Below the pieces are notes generated by a model. The model was given only the letters and a program-made list of their open reading frames with translations, searched no databases and was not told where the DNA came from. Positions 9,792-19,969 of a stretch of DNA of 64,000 nucleotides are shown here, in pieces (the stretch's first letter is position 1; each line of letters starts with the position of its first letter). The DNA is from Staphylococcus phage Fi4S2, in the sequence record PV037056.1; one strand, 5' to 3'. Made by a program: the position numbers and the translations under genes.

Positions 9792-10637
9792 CTATTCTGC
9801 TGATACATTAGCGCTTGTCTCTTGTGCATCTACTTGGACATTTGTAGGTGCTTCAGGTTCTTGACTACCTGTGCTAGGCTTTACTGTTACTGTAGATGTA
9901 GCACGTAATTTACCATCAGCTGTTGTAACAGTGATAGTTGCTGTACCTTCTGCTACAGCTGTAATAAGACCTGTGCTGTTAATCTTAGCTACCGTCTCTT
10001 TAGAAGATGTCAGTACAACATCTTTATTAGAAGCATAAGTAGGTGTAATAAGCGTTAAGATTTGTTCTGTTTCACCAATATTTAATTCAACAGACTCTTT
10101 ATCAAATGCTACAGATTGTACGTGAGCATTCTTATCGAATTTACCTTTAACAATTTCTTCTGAAGCTTGAGCGTTAGTTTCTACTAAGTTACCAAAAGCC
10201 TCTGCATGAGCTACTGAAGAGAAGCTACCTTCACCGTCAGCAATCATAATGTGGTAAACTGTCATAGAGAAACGTGAGCTAGCAAAAGCTAAGAATGCTT
10301 GAAGTACAGCATGTTCTTTTGTTTGCTTTCCAACACTTTCTTGTTTAATGATAGGATGTTGGAATGGGTCATCCATAGTACTAACTACAAAGTGTACTTC
10401 CTCTCCATCTGTCATGATGATTGGAGATTTCTTAAACACTTTAAGCTCATTAGCTCCTGTAGTTTCAATAGGGTAAACACCATACTCTTCTCCATCTTTT
10501 TGAACTAGGTAAGAATAGAACCCTTCATAAGTTCCTGTGTAACCATCAGGTGTTGTCTTTACTTGTAAATATGTGTTATCAATAGCTGGGGCACTCTCTT
10601 TGATGATTTCAAGAATGTCTTTTGATTCAACTGCCAT
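9792..10637 (-). CDS. Ig-like domain-containing 'major tail protein'-like protein
   Basis: 281 aa; C-terminal Big_2-like segment LTLITPTYASNKDVVLTSSKETVAKINSTGLITAVAEGTATITV; equivalent gene sits in replication block of K/Twort-like phages (from memory). Confidence 0.6.
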   Translation of the reverse strand: MAVESKDILEIIKESAPAIDNTYLQVKTTPDGYTGTYEGFYSYLVQKDGEEYGVYPIETTGANELKVFKKSPIIMTDGEEVHFVVSTMDDPFQHPIIKQESVGKQTKEHAVLQAFLAFASSRFSMTVYHIMIADGEGSFSSVAHAEAFGNLVETNAQASEEIVKGKFDKNAHVQSVAFDKESVELNIGETEQILTLITPTYASNKDVVLTSSKETVAKINSTGLITAVAEGTATITVTTADGKLRATSTVTVKPSTGSQEPEAPTNVQVDAQETSANVSAE

Positions 10638-10667
10638 AGACTTTCAATCCTCTCTTATGTATATATT

Positions 10668-11012
10668 TTATTTATTTTGCTGTTTGTACTCTTTTTTATC
10701 GGGTATAGCCTGTTTAGCAACTTCTGCTCTAGCACGTCCGCCTTTAGTGATGTTAAGGTTTTTATACGCTGTAACAGCAATTGCAATAGTTGAGATAATT
10801 AAGTTTACATATGAAGCTAATTCATCATCTGTAATACCTAATAGTGAGTTACCAGTAATAGATGTATAAACCATGTTTAGTAATGTAATGATAGCTACTA
10901 CTAATGGTGTAAATTGTAGGTAGTTAACTCTAGTCTCTTTAGCACCAGGTACGTAAACCTCAACTGTATCTAATTTTTCTGTTGCTTGGTCTTTATCAAT
11001 AGGAGTTCCCAC
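10668..11012 (-). CDS. small membrane protein
   Basis: 114 aa, two hydrophobic helices. Confidence 0.45.
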   Translation of the reverse strand: MGTPIDKDQATEKLDTVEVYVPGAKETRVNYLQFTPLVVAIITLLNMVYTSITGNSLLGITDDELASYVNLIISTIAIAVTAYKNLNITKGGRARAEVAKQAIPDKKEYKQQNK

Positions 11013-11103
11013 GAAAAATTCCCCTTTCTGTATTTGTTTTCAAAATTAATATAGCACTACTGTAGTGAGCCTTATAGACAATATAGCAGAAAGGGCAGGG
11101 TAG

Positions 11104-11757
11104 TTACAAGTTATCTACCTTAGTATTAACGTGTCCTTTTTCATTTATTCCTAGGTTTGGAGACAAAGCTTCAAACTCTTTACAACGGTCTTTAATGTAT
11201 GTATAAAGACTATTGTAAGCCTCTACAACTTCTTTACGATTTATGTTTTCTGACTTAGAAATGATAGATATGATTCTAGGGTGTTCTAACTTGTATTTAT
11301 TACTAACTAAATAAGAGAGTAGTAACTTTTGAAGGTCAGTAAACTCCCCTTCCTCAATAACATAACTAAAGAGCTCTGCATCTTCTAATGAGTCATCTGT
11401 AGCTTCTGCTAACATCTCAATAGAATCATCGTTACTACCTAAGAATTCATTGTGTTCTTTTTTAACTCTATTCTTTACATAGCTTTCTTTTACACGTAGA
11501 CTTAGTTTGGTTTTTATATAACCAGGAAAATCTACAGAAGAACCAACATTGTATTCCTTAGTTAACAAGATAAACTGCTCATCTATATACTCTCTCAGTT
11601 CTTCTTTCTTGACATGGTTATCAAATCTCCAAGCATGTTGTTGATAGATAGCGTGTCTTAGATTAGCATACTGAAGATATAGTTTATCTAAGTCTCTTTG
11701 GAATGTAACATTAAGTCCATCTGTATCAGTAATGTATCTATTACCATTAGACTTCAT
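11104..11757 (-). CDS. possible phage sigma-factor-like protein
   Basis: 217 aa; position directly downstream of recA-like gene matches the sigma factor gene of K-like phages; no strong motif seen, so weak. Confidence 0.35.
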   Translation of the reverse strand: MKSNGNRYITDTDGLNVTFQRDLDKLYLQYANLRHAIYQQHAWRFDNHVKKEELREYIDEQFILLTKEYNVGSSVDFPGYIKTKLSLRVKESYVKNRVKKEHNEFLGSNDDSIEMLAEATDDSLEDAELFSYVIEEGEFTDLQKLLLSYLVSNKYKLEHPRIISIISKSENINRKEVVEAYNSLYTYIKDRCKEFEALSPNLGINEKGHVNTKVDNL

Positions 11758-12094
11758 ATGGGTTTTCCTTTACAGGTACGATACGTTTTTTAATTGTAGG
11801 GTTCGTGATATATAGGTCTGAGTAATGAATAGTTTCAGGTACTTTAACTACCTCACCTAAATACCATACTTCAGAGTATCCTCCAACCCATCTATCTCCT
11901 ACATAATTAATATAAATCTTAGTTGAGCTAGAACTAGGGAAACTGCTATCTTCAACTAAGATTGGTTCTCCTGATTCAAACCATTCTTGCATTCTACGTT
12001 TAATGTCTATGTAAGGGATAGGGGTCTTATTGACCCCTTCTTGCTTTAAGTACTCTTCTACAGCTTGCTCAAACTTAGTCTTCTGTGCTTCCAT
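11747..12094 (-). CDS. hypothetical protein
   Basis: 115-aa ORF overlapping neighbours by a few codons. Confidence 0.5.
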   Translation of the reverse strand: MEAQKTKFEQAVEEYLKQEGVNKTPIPYIDIKRRMQEWFESGEPILVEDSSFPSSSSTKIYINYVGDRWVGGYSEVWYLGEVVKVPETIHYSDLYITNPTIKKRIVPVKENPYEV

Positions 12095-13403
12095 CTGTAC
12101 TTACCTCACTTTCTTCTGCTTGTGAGTTCTCTGTAGCTTCTTTCTCTTCAAACAAACGTTTTAGTTCTTTCATACCTAGCTTATCAGAAACGTCAATTAG
12201 CTGATTATTAAATGCAGGGTATCCTTTTTGGAACATCTTGAAGTAAGTTCTACCTACAATCTCTTCAATTAGTTCAGGGTCTTCATTATAGTAAAAGAAC
12301 ATTGTCCAGTCTTTCATGTATTTCTTATGTTCTTGACCATGCTTATCTACAAACACTTTCCAAGAACCTCTAGAATCTAAAATCTTATTGTTGTCTGCTG
12401 ACATAGCAAAGTTAACCATAGGGTCAAAACCATTAATCTCTGTACCATCATCTAACTCATATTCACTAGCAATGAAAGCTTTAGCTTTTTGGTTAGGTCT
12501 AGATACTTTAGATTTTTTAGTTGTTACTTGCATGTTATGTCCTACATAGTCACCATATTGGCTAGCAGAAGTAGGTTTTTTCTGATTAAACTTACTAGCA
12601 TCTACTTGGTTAACTAGTAATTGAAGTGATACAACGTGTTCAAGAGCTTTACCTCCTGGAGAATCAATGTTATCTCCATGACCAAAGCTACCACCCATGA
12701 CATCACGAGCTTGGTTGATACAAACTAAAGCTACGTTATAACCATTTACTAATGGTGTTACTTTGTTAAAGAATTTAGCTAGAGATTTAGCTTTTAAACC
12801 AGGTCTTTCTGAGTCATAGTCACTTTCCATTTCTACTTTAGAAGAAGTGGCCGCTATTGAGTCCCATATGATTAAAAGAGGTGTATTGGGGCTGTTATCT
12901 CTAAATACCTTTAAGAGGTTCTCAATCTTCTCACCAATAATTTCTACTGTAAGTGGGTCTACCATGTTAGTTTTAGGATTAAATTCAGGCTGAATAGCAA
13001 AAACCTTTTCAGTGTCAATCCCTAACTGAGTTAAACGGTTTATGTCACTAGTTCCTTCTACGTCAATCCATACAGTTACTACATCAAGGTCACTAGCTTG
13101 TTTTGATAAGGCTAAAGCAAATGTACTCTTACCTGATGCCTTCTTACCAAAAATCTCAGTTACACGACCAAAAGGAATGCCTCCTCCTAAAATCCTATCA
13201 TATTGAGGAATACCTGTAGGTAGCCAATTAGATACATTAGCGTAAGTGTTATCTCTCATTAGTGTTAGACCTACGTCCTTACCTAGTTTTAATACTGATA
13301 AGGCATCTAGTGGTTCTCCTGCCACCTGTGTTGTGTTTGTATTTTCACTTTGTTTTTTACGTGACATGTATATAAAACTCCTTTTTTTATATAATTTATT
13401 CAA
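12075..13403 (-). CDS. RecA/UvsX-like recombinase ATPase
   Basis: Walker A GKKASGKST, RecA-fold order of motifs, 442 aa. Confidence 0.7.
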   Translation of the reverse strand: MNKLYKKRSFIYMSRKKQSENTNTTQVAGEPLDALSVLKLGKDVGLTLMRDNTYANVSNWLPTGIPQYDRILGGGIPFGRVTEIFGKKASGKSTFALALSKQASDLDVVTVWIDVEGTSDINRLTQLGIDTEKVFAIQPEFNPKTNMVDPLTVEIIGEKIENLLKVFRDNSPNTPLLIIWDSIAATSSKVEMESDYDSERPGLKAKSLAKFFNKVTPLVNGYNVALVCINQARDVMGGSFGHGDNIDSPGGKALEHVVSLQLLVNQVDASKFNQKKPTSASQYGDYVGHNMQVTTKKSKVSRPNQKAKAFIASEYELDDGTEINGFDPMVNFAMSADNNKILDSRGSWKVFVDKHGQEHKKYMKDWTMFFYYNEDPELIEEIVGRTYFKMFQKGYPAFNNQLIDVSDKLGMKELKRLFEEKEATENSQAEESEVSTDGSTED

Positions 13404-13442
13404 AATGAAAGCTAGGTTATCACCTAGCTTATAAAGTTACTA

Positions 13443-14633
13443 TTAACCGTTTAATACATCATCTAGTAATGACTGCACATCATCAGGCATGTTATCCTGA
13501 GTTGGCTGTTGTGGAGGTTCTACATTTGTATTAGGTTGTTGTGGCTGTTGTTGTTGTTGTTGTTGTTGTTGTGGCTGAGTCTGTTGAGGTTGAGCCACTT
13601 CAGGTTGTGCTTGTTGTTGACTTACTGGAGTACCTTGATATTGATTTACTCCTGGTTGATTGTATTGACCAACCTGTCCTTGCTGTTGTTGGTTATAAGA
13701 CTGTTGTGGTTGTTGCGGTTGTTGCGGTTGTTGCTGTACAGGCTGTTGTACTGGTTGTTGTACTGGTTGTTGAGGTGGTACATTAGCCTGTGCTTGTTGA
13801 TTAGATTGTTGTGGTGTAGCTTGTGATTTAAATGGTGAGTTGTAATCAGGAGTAGCTCCTTGACCACTATCTTCACCCATCATTGGTTGTTGTGCTTCTA
13901 CATAAGGTGCTACAAACTTGTCAATTACTGTATCTGATGTTGTTTTAGACAACTCTTGTAAGTCTGCTGAGTTCTCTTTCCATCCTTGAGGTAATGGAGG
14001 TAACACAACATTAGTGTATGGTTGAATTGTCCATTTCTTAACTTGGTCTGATTGTTTTGGTTTCTCAAACTTAACTAATGTACCAAAGTCTTCTGATACA
14101 AAGCTGTAGTCTGACGTACAACCTGCTGGACGTAATTTAGCGTCACCAATTAATTTCATCAAATCAACATAAGCACCATTTGGAATCTCCATAGGTTGAA
14201 CAATTGGATTTCCTTGTGCATCTACATTATATTGGAATCCTTGGTTTGTTTCAAATACTTTAATCACGTTAAACATAAATGTAGGTTTTAATGAAGGTGT
14301 GAATCTACCTAATGGGTATCCTTTTTGTAACCACTCATTTAATTTAGCTTCTGCATAAGTTGAGTTATCATCAAGAGGTACTTGAATTGATTGATACTTT
14401 GTTTGACCTTCTTTAGGGAAAGATACTAACGCTTTACGAGTCATAACTCCAAAATGACCGTCAGGTTGTACAACAGGTACAACACGTACATAAATTTCAT
14501 ACCCGTCAGCTTTTCCTTTACCCATTTGAATGTGTGGATGAGGTTGTTTGTATCTATCCTGATTACCTTCTCCGTTACCACCGTTGTTATCGAATTTATT
14601 GATTTCTGATTGTACTAAGTCTGCAAATGACAT
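13443..14633 (-). CDS. putative ssDNA-binding protein with Q/P-rich low-complexity tail and acidic tip
   Basis: 396 aa; C-terminal 120 aa almost pure Q/P (VQQP repeats, polyQ) ending DDVQSLLDDVLNG, the architecture of SSB C-terminal tails; N-terminal domain not recognisable by eye. Confidence 0.4.
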   Translation of the reverse strand: MSFADLVQSEINKFDNNGGNGEGNQDRYKQPHPHIQMGKGKADGYEIYVRVVPVVQPDGHFGVMTRKALVSFPKEGQTKYQSIQVPLDDNSTYAEAKLNEWLQKGYPLGRFTPSLKPTFMFNVIKVFETNQGFQYNVDAQGNPIVQPMEIPNGAYVDLMKLIGDAKLRPAGCTSDYSFVSEDFGTLVKFEKPKQSDQVKKWTIQPYTNVVLPPLPQGWKENSADLQELSKTTSDTVIDKFVAPYVEAQQPMMGEDSGQGATPDYNSPFKSQATPQQSNQQAQANVPPQQPVQQPVQQPVQQQPQQPQQPQQSYNQQQQGQVGQYNQPGVNQYQGTPVSQQQAQPEVAQPQQTQPQQQQQQQQQPQQPNTNVEPPQQPTQDNMPDDVQSLLDDVLNG

Positions 14634-14715
14634 ATTAAATGTCCTCCTCTAATTTGTTTTATTATTTGTTACTTATTTAGTATAACATAGCTGTTTAAGC
14701 ATGTCAACCCTTATT

Positions 14716-15210
14716 TTAATTTATTTTCCAATCTCTTGTTCCGTGCTCAATGTCTTTACGTAAATGAGCTGTGTATTGAACTAACATGTCTTTACGTTGC
14801 TCAAATGCTTTAAGAATTGTCTTAAGTTGCTCTTTTTGATAAGTTAATGTATTAACATTATGTTGTTGGTCAGTATACTTTTGTCTAGTCATAATCTCTG
14901 CCTCAATAACGTCTTTAGTAGGTGGCTTATCTCCTCTAGCTTTATACTCCTGTCTAATAGATAAGTTAAGCTCACTTCCTATCATAGAAAGCCTTGTTTC
15001 AGCTTCCTCTAAGTAAAAGCTAATACGGTTAAAAACATCTGCATAGCGTCTATACTTTACGTGCTGTTCCTTTAACTCTGAGTTAGCATTATAATCATTT
15101 ACGGACAAGTCTTGTAAGACATCGTAGTCTATGTACTGTCCTTGATTATCTACTACCCTAATAACATCATGGTTTATTGCATCTACTCTAATCTCTAACA
15201 GATTGTTCAC
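14716..15210 (-). CDS. hypothetical protein
   Basis: 164-aa ORF. Confidence 0.5.
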   Translation of the reverse strand: MNNLLEIRVDAINHDVIRVVDNQGQYIDYDVLQDLSVNDYNANSELKEQHVKYRRYADVFNRISFYLEEAETRLSMIGSELNLSIRQEYKARGDKPPTKDVIEAEIMTRQKYTDQQHNVNTLTYQKEQLKTILKAFEQRKDMLVQYTAHLRKDIEHGTRDWKIN

Positions 15211-15276
15211 AACAACACTCCTTTCTTCTTACTTTAATAACTATACCATACGAGTTAATAGAAGTCAAGACCTATT

Positions 15277-15957
15277 TTAAATATTTCTATATAGGTCTTT
15301 TTGTGACTCTACTTTATCCACTAAAGTATCGTACTGCTCTTTAGTAATAACTTTTGACTGTTTTGTATACTTGAGTTTAGCTAGGTCTCCATAAAACTTA
15401 AGGTACCCTTTTACTGAATTAAATGTGTTATAATCTTCAGGATGTAAATCAACCATGTCATTATAACTAGCACCTATTTCAGCATCTGCTGTTACAGGGA
15501 ATCTCATACGCTCACCATTGCGTTCAATGAATAAGAAGTCATACGGTAAGTTTTCCATAATATACTTAACAGCTTTAGAAACCTCTAGTACCTCATCTTC
15601 AGGAGAATCTACAACAATACTATCATGTACTGTTAGTATAAGTTTAGACTTATAATTGTGTTTTGTCAAGAAGTCATCAATAAAAGTTAAGGCCATATTA
15701 GTTAAATAAGCACCTGTACCTTGAATAATAGCATTAAAAGATTGTCTTAAGGCTCTATTCTTTATTTGATTATCTCTACTTTGTGCTCCTTTAAGAATAC
15801 GTCTATGACCGTGCATAGTCTCTACATAGCCTACTTTAATAGCCTGCTGATGCACATCATCAATAGCTTGTTTTACCTGTGGCTTAGTTCTATAGTATTG
15901 CTCAAATATACTCTCTGCCTCTTCTACAGACATGTCATTCTTAGCAGAGAATGACTG
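15277..15957 (-). CDS. polA: DNA polymerase (family A) exon 2
   Basis: Translation ..SFSAKNDMSVEEAESIFEQYYRTKPQVKQ...GYVETMHGHRRIL...ILTVHDSIVVD aligns with E. coli Pol I post-motif-B region and motif C (QVHDELV); reading frame open upstream of the annotated ATG back to ~15960. Confidence 0.8.
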   Translation of the reverse strand, partial: QSFSAKNDMSVEEAESIFEQYYRTKPQVKQAIDDVHQQAIKVGYVETMHGHRRILKGAQSRDNQIKNRALRQSFNAIIQGTGAYLTNMALTFIDDFLTKHNYKSKLILTVHDSIVVDSPEDEVLEVSKAVKYIMENLPYDFLFIERNGERMRFPVTADAEIGASYNDMVDLHPEDYNTFNSVKGYLKFYGDLAKLKYTKQSKVITKEQYDTLVDKVESQKDLYRNI

Positions 15958-17057
15958 CGGAGTTTCCGATTATACCGCTAGTTTCCTAGTACTTTAACAC
16001 TCATTTAAGAGTCGGACTAGACTACATCTTCAAACAGAGCGTTACCTCTGAATGCTAGGTTGTTCCATGTGGGTATGAGCCACATGTACTCTACTCAGTT
16101 ATATTGCTATAAGTCCTCTCGACATAAAGCTCACCTTTCGATAGTCGTTGAATAAAATTAATTAAGTGAGTTATTTACATTATATTTGTCTCTATTTTGT
16201 ACCTTAAATGTATAGTTACCTATTGGTTCTAAGTTTCTTATCTTTAATAGATTTTTGTCACTTTCTGCTAAATTTAGGAATCTTAAAACTAAAGTTCTCT
16301 TCTGATGACAATACACTTCCTTACCTTCTTTGTAGGCAACATAGTGAGGGACTAGTAACTTCTTAGGCTCTCTCGGTTCTAGCTTGTAATCATTCAAGAT
16401 TTTAAAAGTCCATCCTTTGTGATGAGGTCTCTCACCTAAAAGGACTTTACTTATTTTAGTTTGTTGTAAGTCATTTTCTTTAGCAAATTGAGTTTGGTTG
16501 TAGAATACATACTCATTACCATAGGGGTCTGTAGCTAACATCTTTCTTTTCTTAGATGGTAAATTTTGTAAGTTTTCTTTTTTAGTTACCCATTTACAAG
16601 TGTCTACACTATAGATGTAATTATTATCGTACTTAATGTCCTTATCTAGTTGTAGCTCACCTTGTATGAATTTATCTAAATCCCATGAGTCAATAAGTTC
16701 TACATCCTTTAAAAACCTATTAAAGTCTTGCCATTTTTCACATACATAAACTCCTTTAGCTCCATACCACTTGTACTCTTTGCTCTTAGGGTTATAACAC
16801 CTATCAATCATATGGTTCCATACGTGTGATATTTTACTGTATAAAGGATGTTTATTATGTCTTTCTCCTACTTTAAATTCTATGTCAATCTCACCTTTTA
16901 GTTTATTTCACTTAATTAATTCTACACAGGATTAGGATGCCAAACCCTCCCCTGTTAGCATAACTCTTAACTACCATTTACTATAGCTACTAAACGTGAG
17001 TTATACACCCTATACTCTATAGGTTTTCCTAGTTTTAATACGGCTAGTTTATAGTTG
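15958..17057 (-). mobile_element. group I intron in DNA polymerase gene (contains homing-endonuclease ORF)
   Basis: Pol ORF stops immediately after motif B (..NFGLAYGQL*) and resumes in frame 1.1 kb downstream; proposed splice: exon1 ..GGU | intron | ..CCG | CAGUCAUUC exon2 (U before 5'SS, G before 3'SS) giving NFGLAYGQSFSAKND; P7-like UAGUC element near 3' end. Confidence 0.65.
16158..16811 (-). CDS. intron-encoded homing-endonuclease-like protein
   Basis: 217 aa inside the pol intron; N-terminal RCYNPKSKEYKWYGAKGVYVCEKW motif and C-terminal ERPHHKGWTF tail as in phage intron endonucleases (I-HmuI-like C-terminus, from memory). Confidence 0.6.
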   Translation of the reverse strand: MIDRCYNPKSKEYKWYGAKGVYVCEKWQDFNRFLKDVELIDSWDLDKFIQGELQLDKDIKYDNNYIYSVDTCKWVTKKENLQNLPSKKRKMLATDPYGNEYVFYNQTQFAKENDLQQTKISKVLLGERPHHKGWTFKILNDYKLEPREPKKLLVPHYVAYKEGKEVYCHQKRTLVLRFLNLAESDKNLLKIRNLEPIGNYTFKVQNRDKYNVNNSLN

Positions 17058-19601
17058 ACCGTACGCCAAACCAAAGTTTACTGCTTTGGACTTAGTTCTT
17101 TCTTCATCTGTTACTTCATCCATAGGCTTACCAAAAACTATAGAAGCTGTAGACTTATGGACATCTTCACCATCTAAAAAGGCTTGAGTTAGTCCTTCAT
17201 CTTTAGTGAACAGGGCAATAATTCTCATCTCTAAGGCACTATAGTCGGCTTGTATCAAAGCCCCATTTTCAAATGAGGAAGTAAAAGTTCTTTTAACAGG
17301 ATGTTTATACCCAAACTCTTTTACATTTGTTGACTTACGAGGTAAGTTTTGTAGGTTTGGAGCACGGGAAGATAAACGACCTGTCTCTGTACCTGCACTA
17401 TTATAAGTACCATGTAACTTGCTAGTATTTTTATTATAACGCTCTAAGAATCCTGATGTAAAGGTAGAACGTACTGTTGAATAGTCTGAATAGGCTAACA
17501 GTAAATCCATGATGTCCTGATGTTCAGGATAGCTCTTAGCTAGATGAGCAATAACCTTTTTATCCGTCTTGTAATCTTTAGTTGTTATTTTATCTTCAGG
17601 TTTATTTGCATCTAGAGCTGATTTTTTAATAAACTCTCTATTGTAAGGTAATTCCATACCTAAAACCTCAAAGAGTAACTTAGCCTTGTCATCTATTGAG
17701 CCAGGGTTAAATACTTGCTTCTCAGGTTTATACTTAGTCTTATAGTTAGCTAACACCTTATCTCTTTCAGCAGGTGGTTTGGCAAACTCTTCTACACCTA
17801 ATTGGTATAGATAAGATTTCTCAGAAATAACCTCCTGAGCTGACCAGTGGTTTGTAATGTTCTCTTCTACTTCTCTTAACTTTTCCTCATAGACCTTATC
17901 ATTCTCTACAGCATAATCAACATCTAAATGAAGACCATTATATTGCATCTTAGTTAATGTTCTTTCAAGTCTAGGATAGCTAGTAGTTAAAAGGTATTCT
18001 AGCTTAGGCTTACCTTTTAAACGTTCTCTGACGTTAGTATAAATACGTCTACAACAATCAGTATCTCCTGAAGCATAAGGATGCATTAGTTCTAGTGGAA
18101 TCCAGTCATAGTCAAATGTACTATCATCTACTTGGTTACGAACCTTAGATGCTTCTTTGTTTGTATTAATTTGCTCTAATGCATTATCTAACACATAAGC
18201 TTTACTATCATCAGAAAGACCCATATATTCAGGTGACTTTTCTACTATCGCTTTGAATGACTCACTATTAATAAGAGATGTTTTTGTTACAGTCTCAGGT
18301 AACAAGTCTAGAGCAATAAATTGATTACTAACATCTGTATAAGACTTAGTTGTATCAATATTATCCTCTAACCATTGTTTATACTCAGTAGCTTTAATAC
18401 CATGTACCTTTTTAGCAAGCTTCTTGTTTTCTTTAACTTTTTCTTTTATCTCTTTTTCTAGATACTTCAGAAGGTCTCCCTTATACCACTTCTTAAAGCT
18501 CTCTAAAGGTGTATCATAACCGCCCATGTCTGTTACCTCATAAGCTAAGTCAGATAATCTCAAAGACTCTGCTGATTCTTGTGATACAGCTAAGTACCAC
18601 CCAACCTTAGTATCTTGGACACTTTCTATGTCTGTAAAACCTGCAACATGTCGTAATACATTTTCATCATAGTTACAGTTATGAGCTACTTTTTGTTGGC
18701 TCTTGTCTGCTAACCATTCTTTCCATAGTTGCATAATCTCTTGAACGTCTTGTTCTCCATTAGGCCACTCAAAGTCAGCTTTATGAATAGGTATTGTAAC
18801 ACCTTGACCAAACTTCCATGTCATAGTAAGCACTAATATTTTAGAACCTTCTTTATCAGGTTGTAATGTGTTAGTCTCTGTATCCCATGCTACAATTTTA
18901 TAATCATCATATTGCTGTTTTATGTCATTATTGAATATTTCTCTAACACGTTCTATATTGGTAACTAATTCATATTTAACATCTCCAGCCTCAAAAGCTT
19001 TATCTCCTTGCTTAAGATACTTAGATAATGTCATAAAGTCACTAGCTACTTGTCTTTCTAAGTTAGGTCTTACTGTAACATACTCAATAGAAAGTGTAGG
19101 TAGTACCCAAAATGTATGACTATCTCCTTCATACTCTATCGTTGTCTTAACAGGTACCCCTCTTGCTTTTGTTATACTAGAAATGTCTAGAAGTAATTTA
19201 ACCCCTAACTTACCCGTAGGTATAACGATGTCAGGCTTTAATTCAAGAATTTCTTTAGTTGTTTGTATATATGAAGAGCCTTTTCTTACCTCTTCACCAT
19301 TCTCATCTTTTTGTATATTACCTTCTTCATCTAATACAGCTCTACCTTTTTGCATCTCTGTAATAGTAGGTTCCTTATACTTAATAACCTTACCTCTACG
19401 CTCCTGTAATACATCAGGAACAAACTTACAAGTATTAAGATATGTAAAGTCCTTTGCGGTAATTCCTGCATACTCTTTGACTACAGCTTTAAGTGTACGT
19501 CCCATTTGAGTATTGAAGTAATCATAAACATCATTTTTATAATGGTCTAATCTTGGGTACTCTCCTAAAATAAGTACCTTTTTGTTGGCTTGTTCTGTCA
19601 A
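17058..19601 (-). CDS. polA: DNA polymerase (family A) exon 1 with 3'-5' exonuclease domain
   Basis: Exo I motif VAWDTETNTL; motif B RTKSKAVNFGLAYGQ at the very end. Confidence 0.85.
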
Positions 19602-19639
19602 ATCTATCCTCTCCTTCTAAACATAAACTAAGTATAACT

Positions 19640-19960
19640 CTATTTATCTATATAGTCAAGCTTTTCTACAGCTTTTTTTAATTTATATAATGGTGTTAGC
19701 TTTATTAAATGCTTAGGAGGTGTAATAGTGTACTGCTCTCTAATACCATCCCAAATTTCTCTTTCTTCTCTGTGTTTTATTCTTATCCCTACTGATGTAC
19801 CAATGTTTATCTTATTGTAACCATCTTCTACAGCTTTTGATATAGCATCCTCTAAATGCTGTAGTACATACTCAGCATCCTCTACGTAGATACCTGTACT
19901 CTTTGATATATACCTAGCTAAATCCTTTCTAGAAGCTGTTTTATTTTCCTTTTTTGCCAT
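19640..19960 (-). CDS. HU/IHF-family DNA-binding protein-like
   Basis: 106 aa, basic, KDLARYISKSTGIYVEDAEYVLQHLEDAISKAVEDGYNKINIGTSVGIRIK matches HU/IHF fold pattern. Confidence 0.55.
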   Translation of the reverse strand: MAKKENKTASRKDLARYISKSTGIYVEDAEYVLQHLEDAISKAVEDGYNKINIGTSVGIRIKHREEREIWDGIREQYTITPPKHLIKLTPLYKLKKAVEKLDYIDK

Positions 19961-19969
19961 TTTAGCTAC

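Noticed and set aside
15259-15297. Hairpin aagacctat...ataggtctt with T-run at the 3' end of the pol gene as a terminator
   Set aside because: The U-tail is on the plus strand while the gene is on the minus strand; on the minus strand the hairpin is preceded by an A-run, so it is not a canonical terminator for pol.
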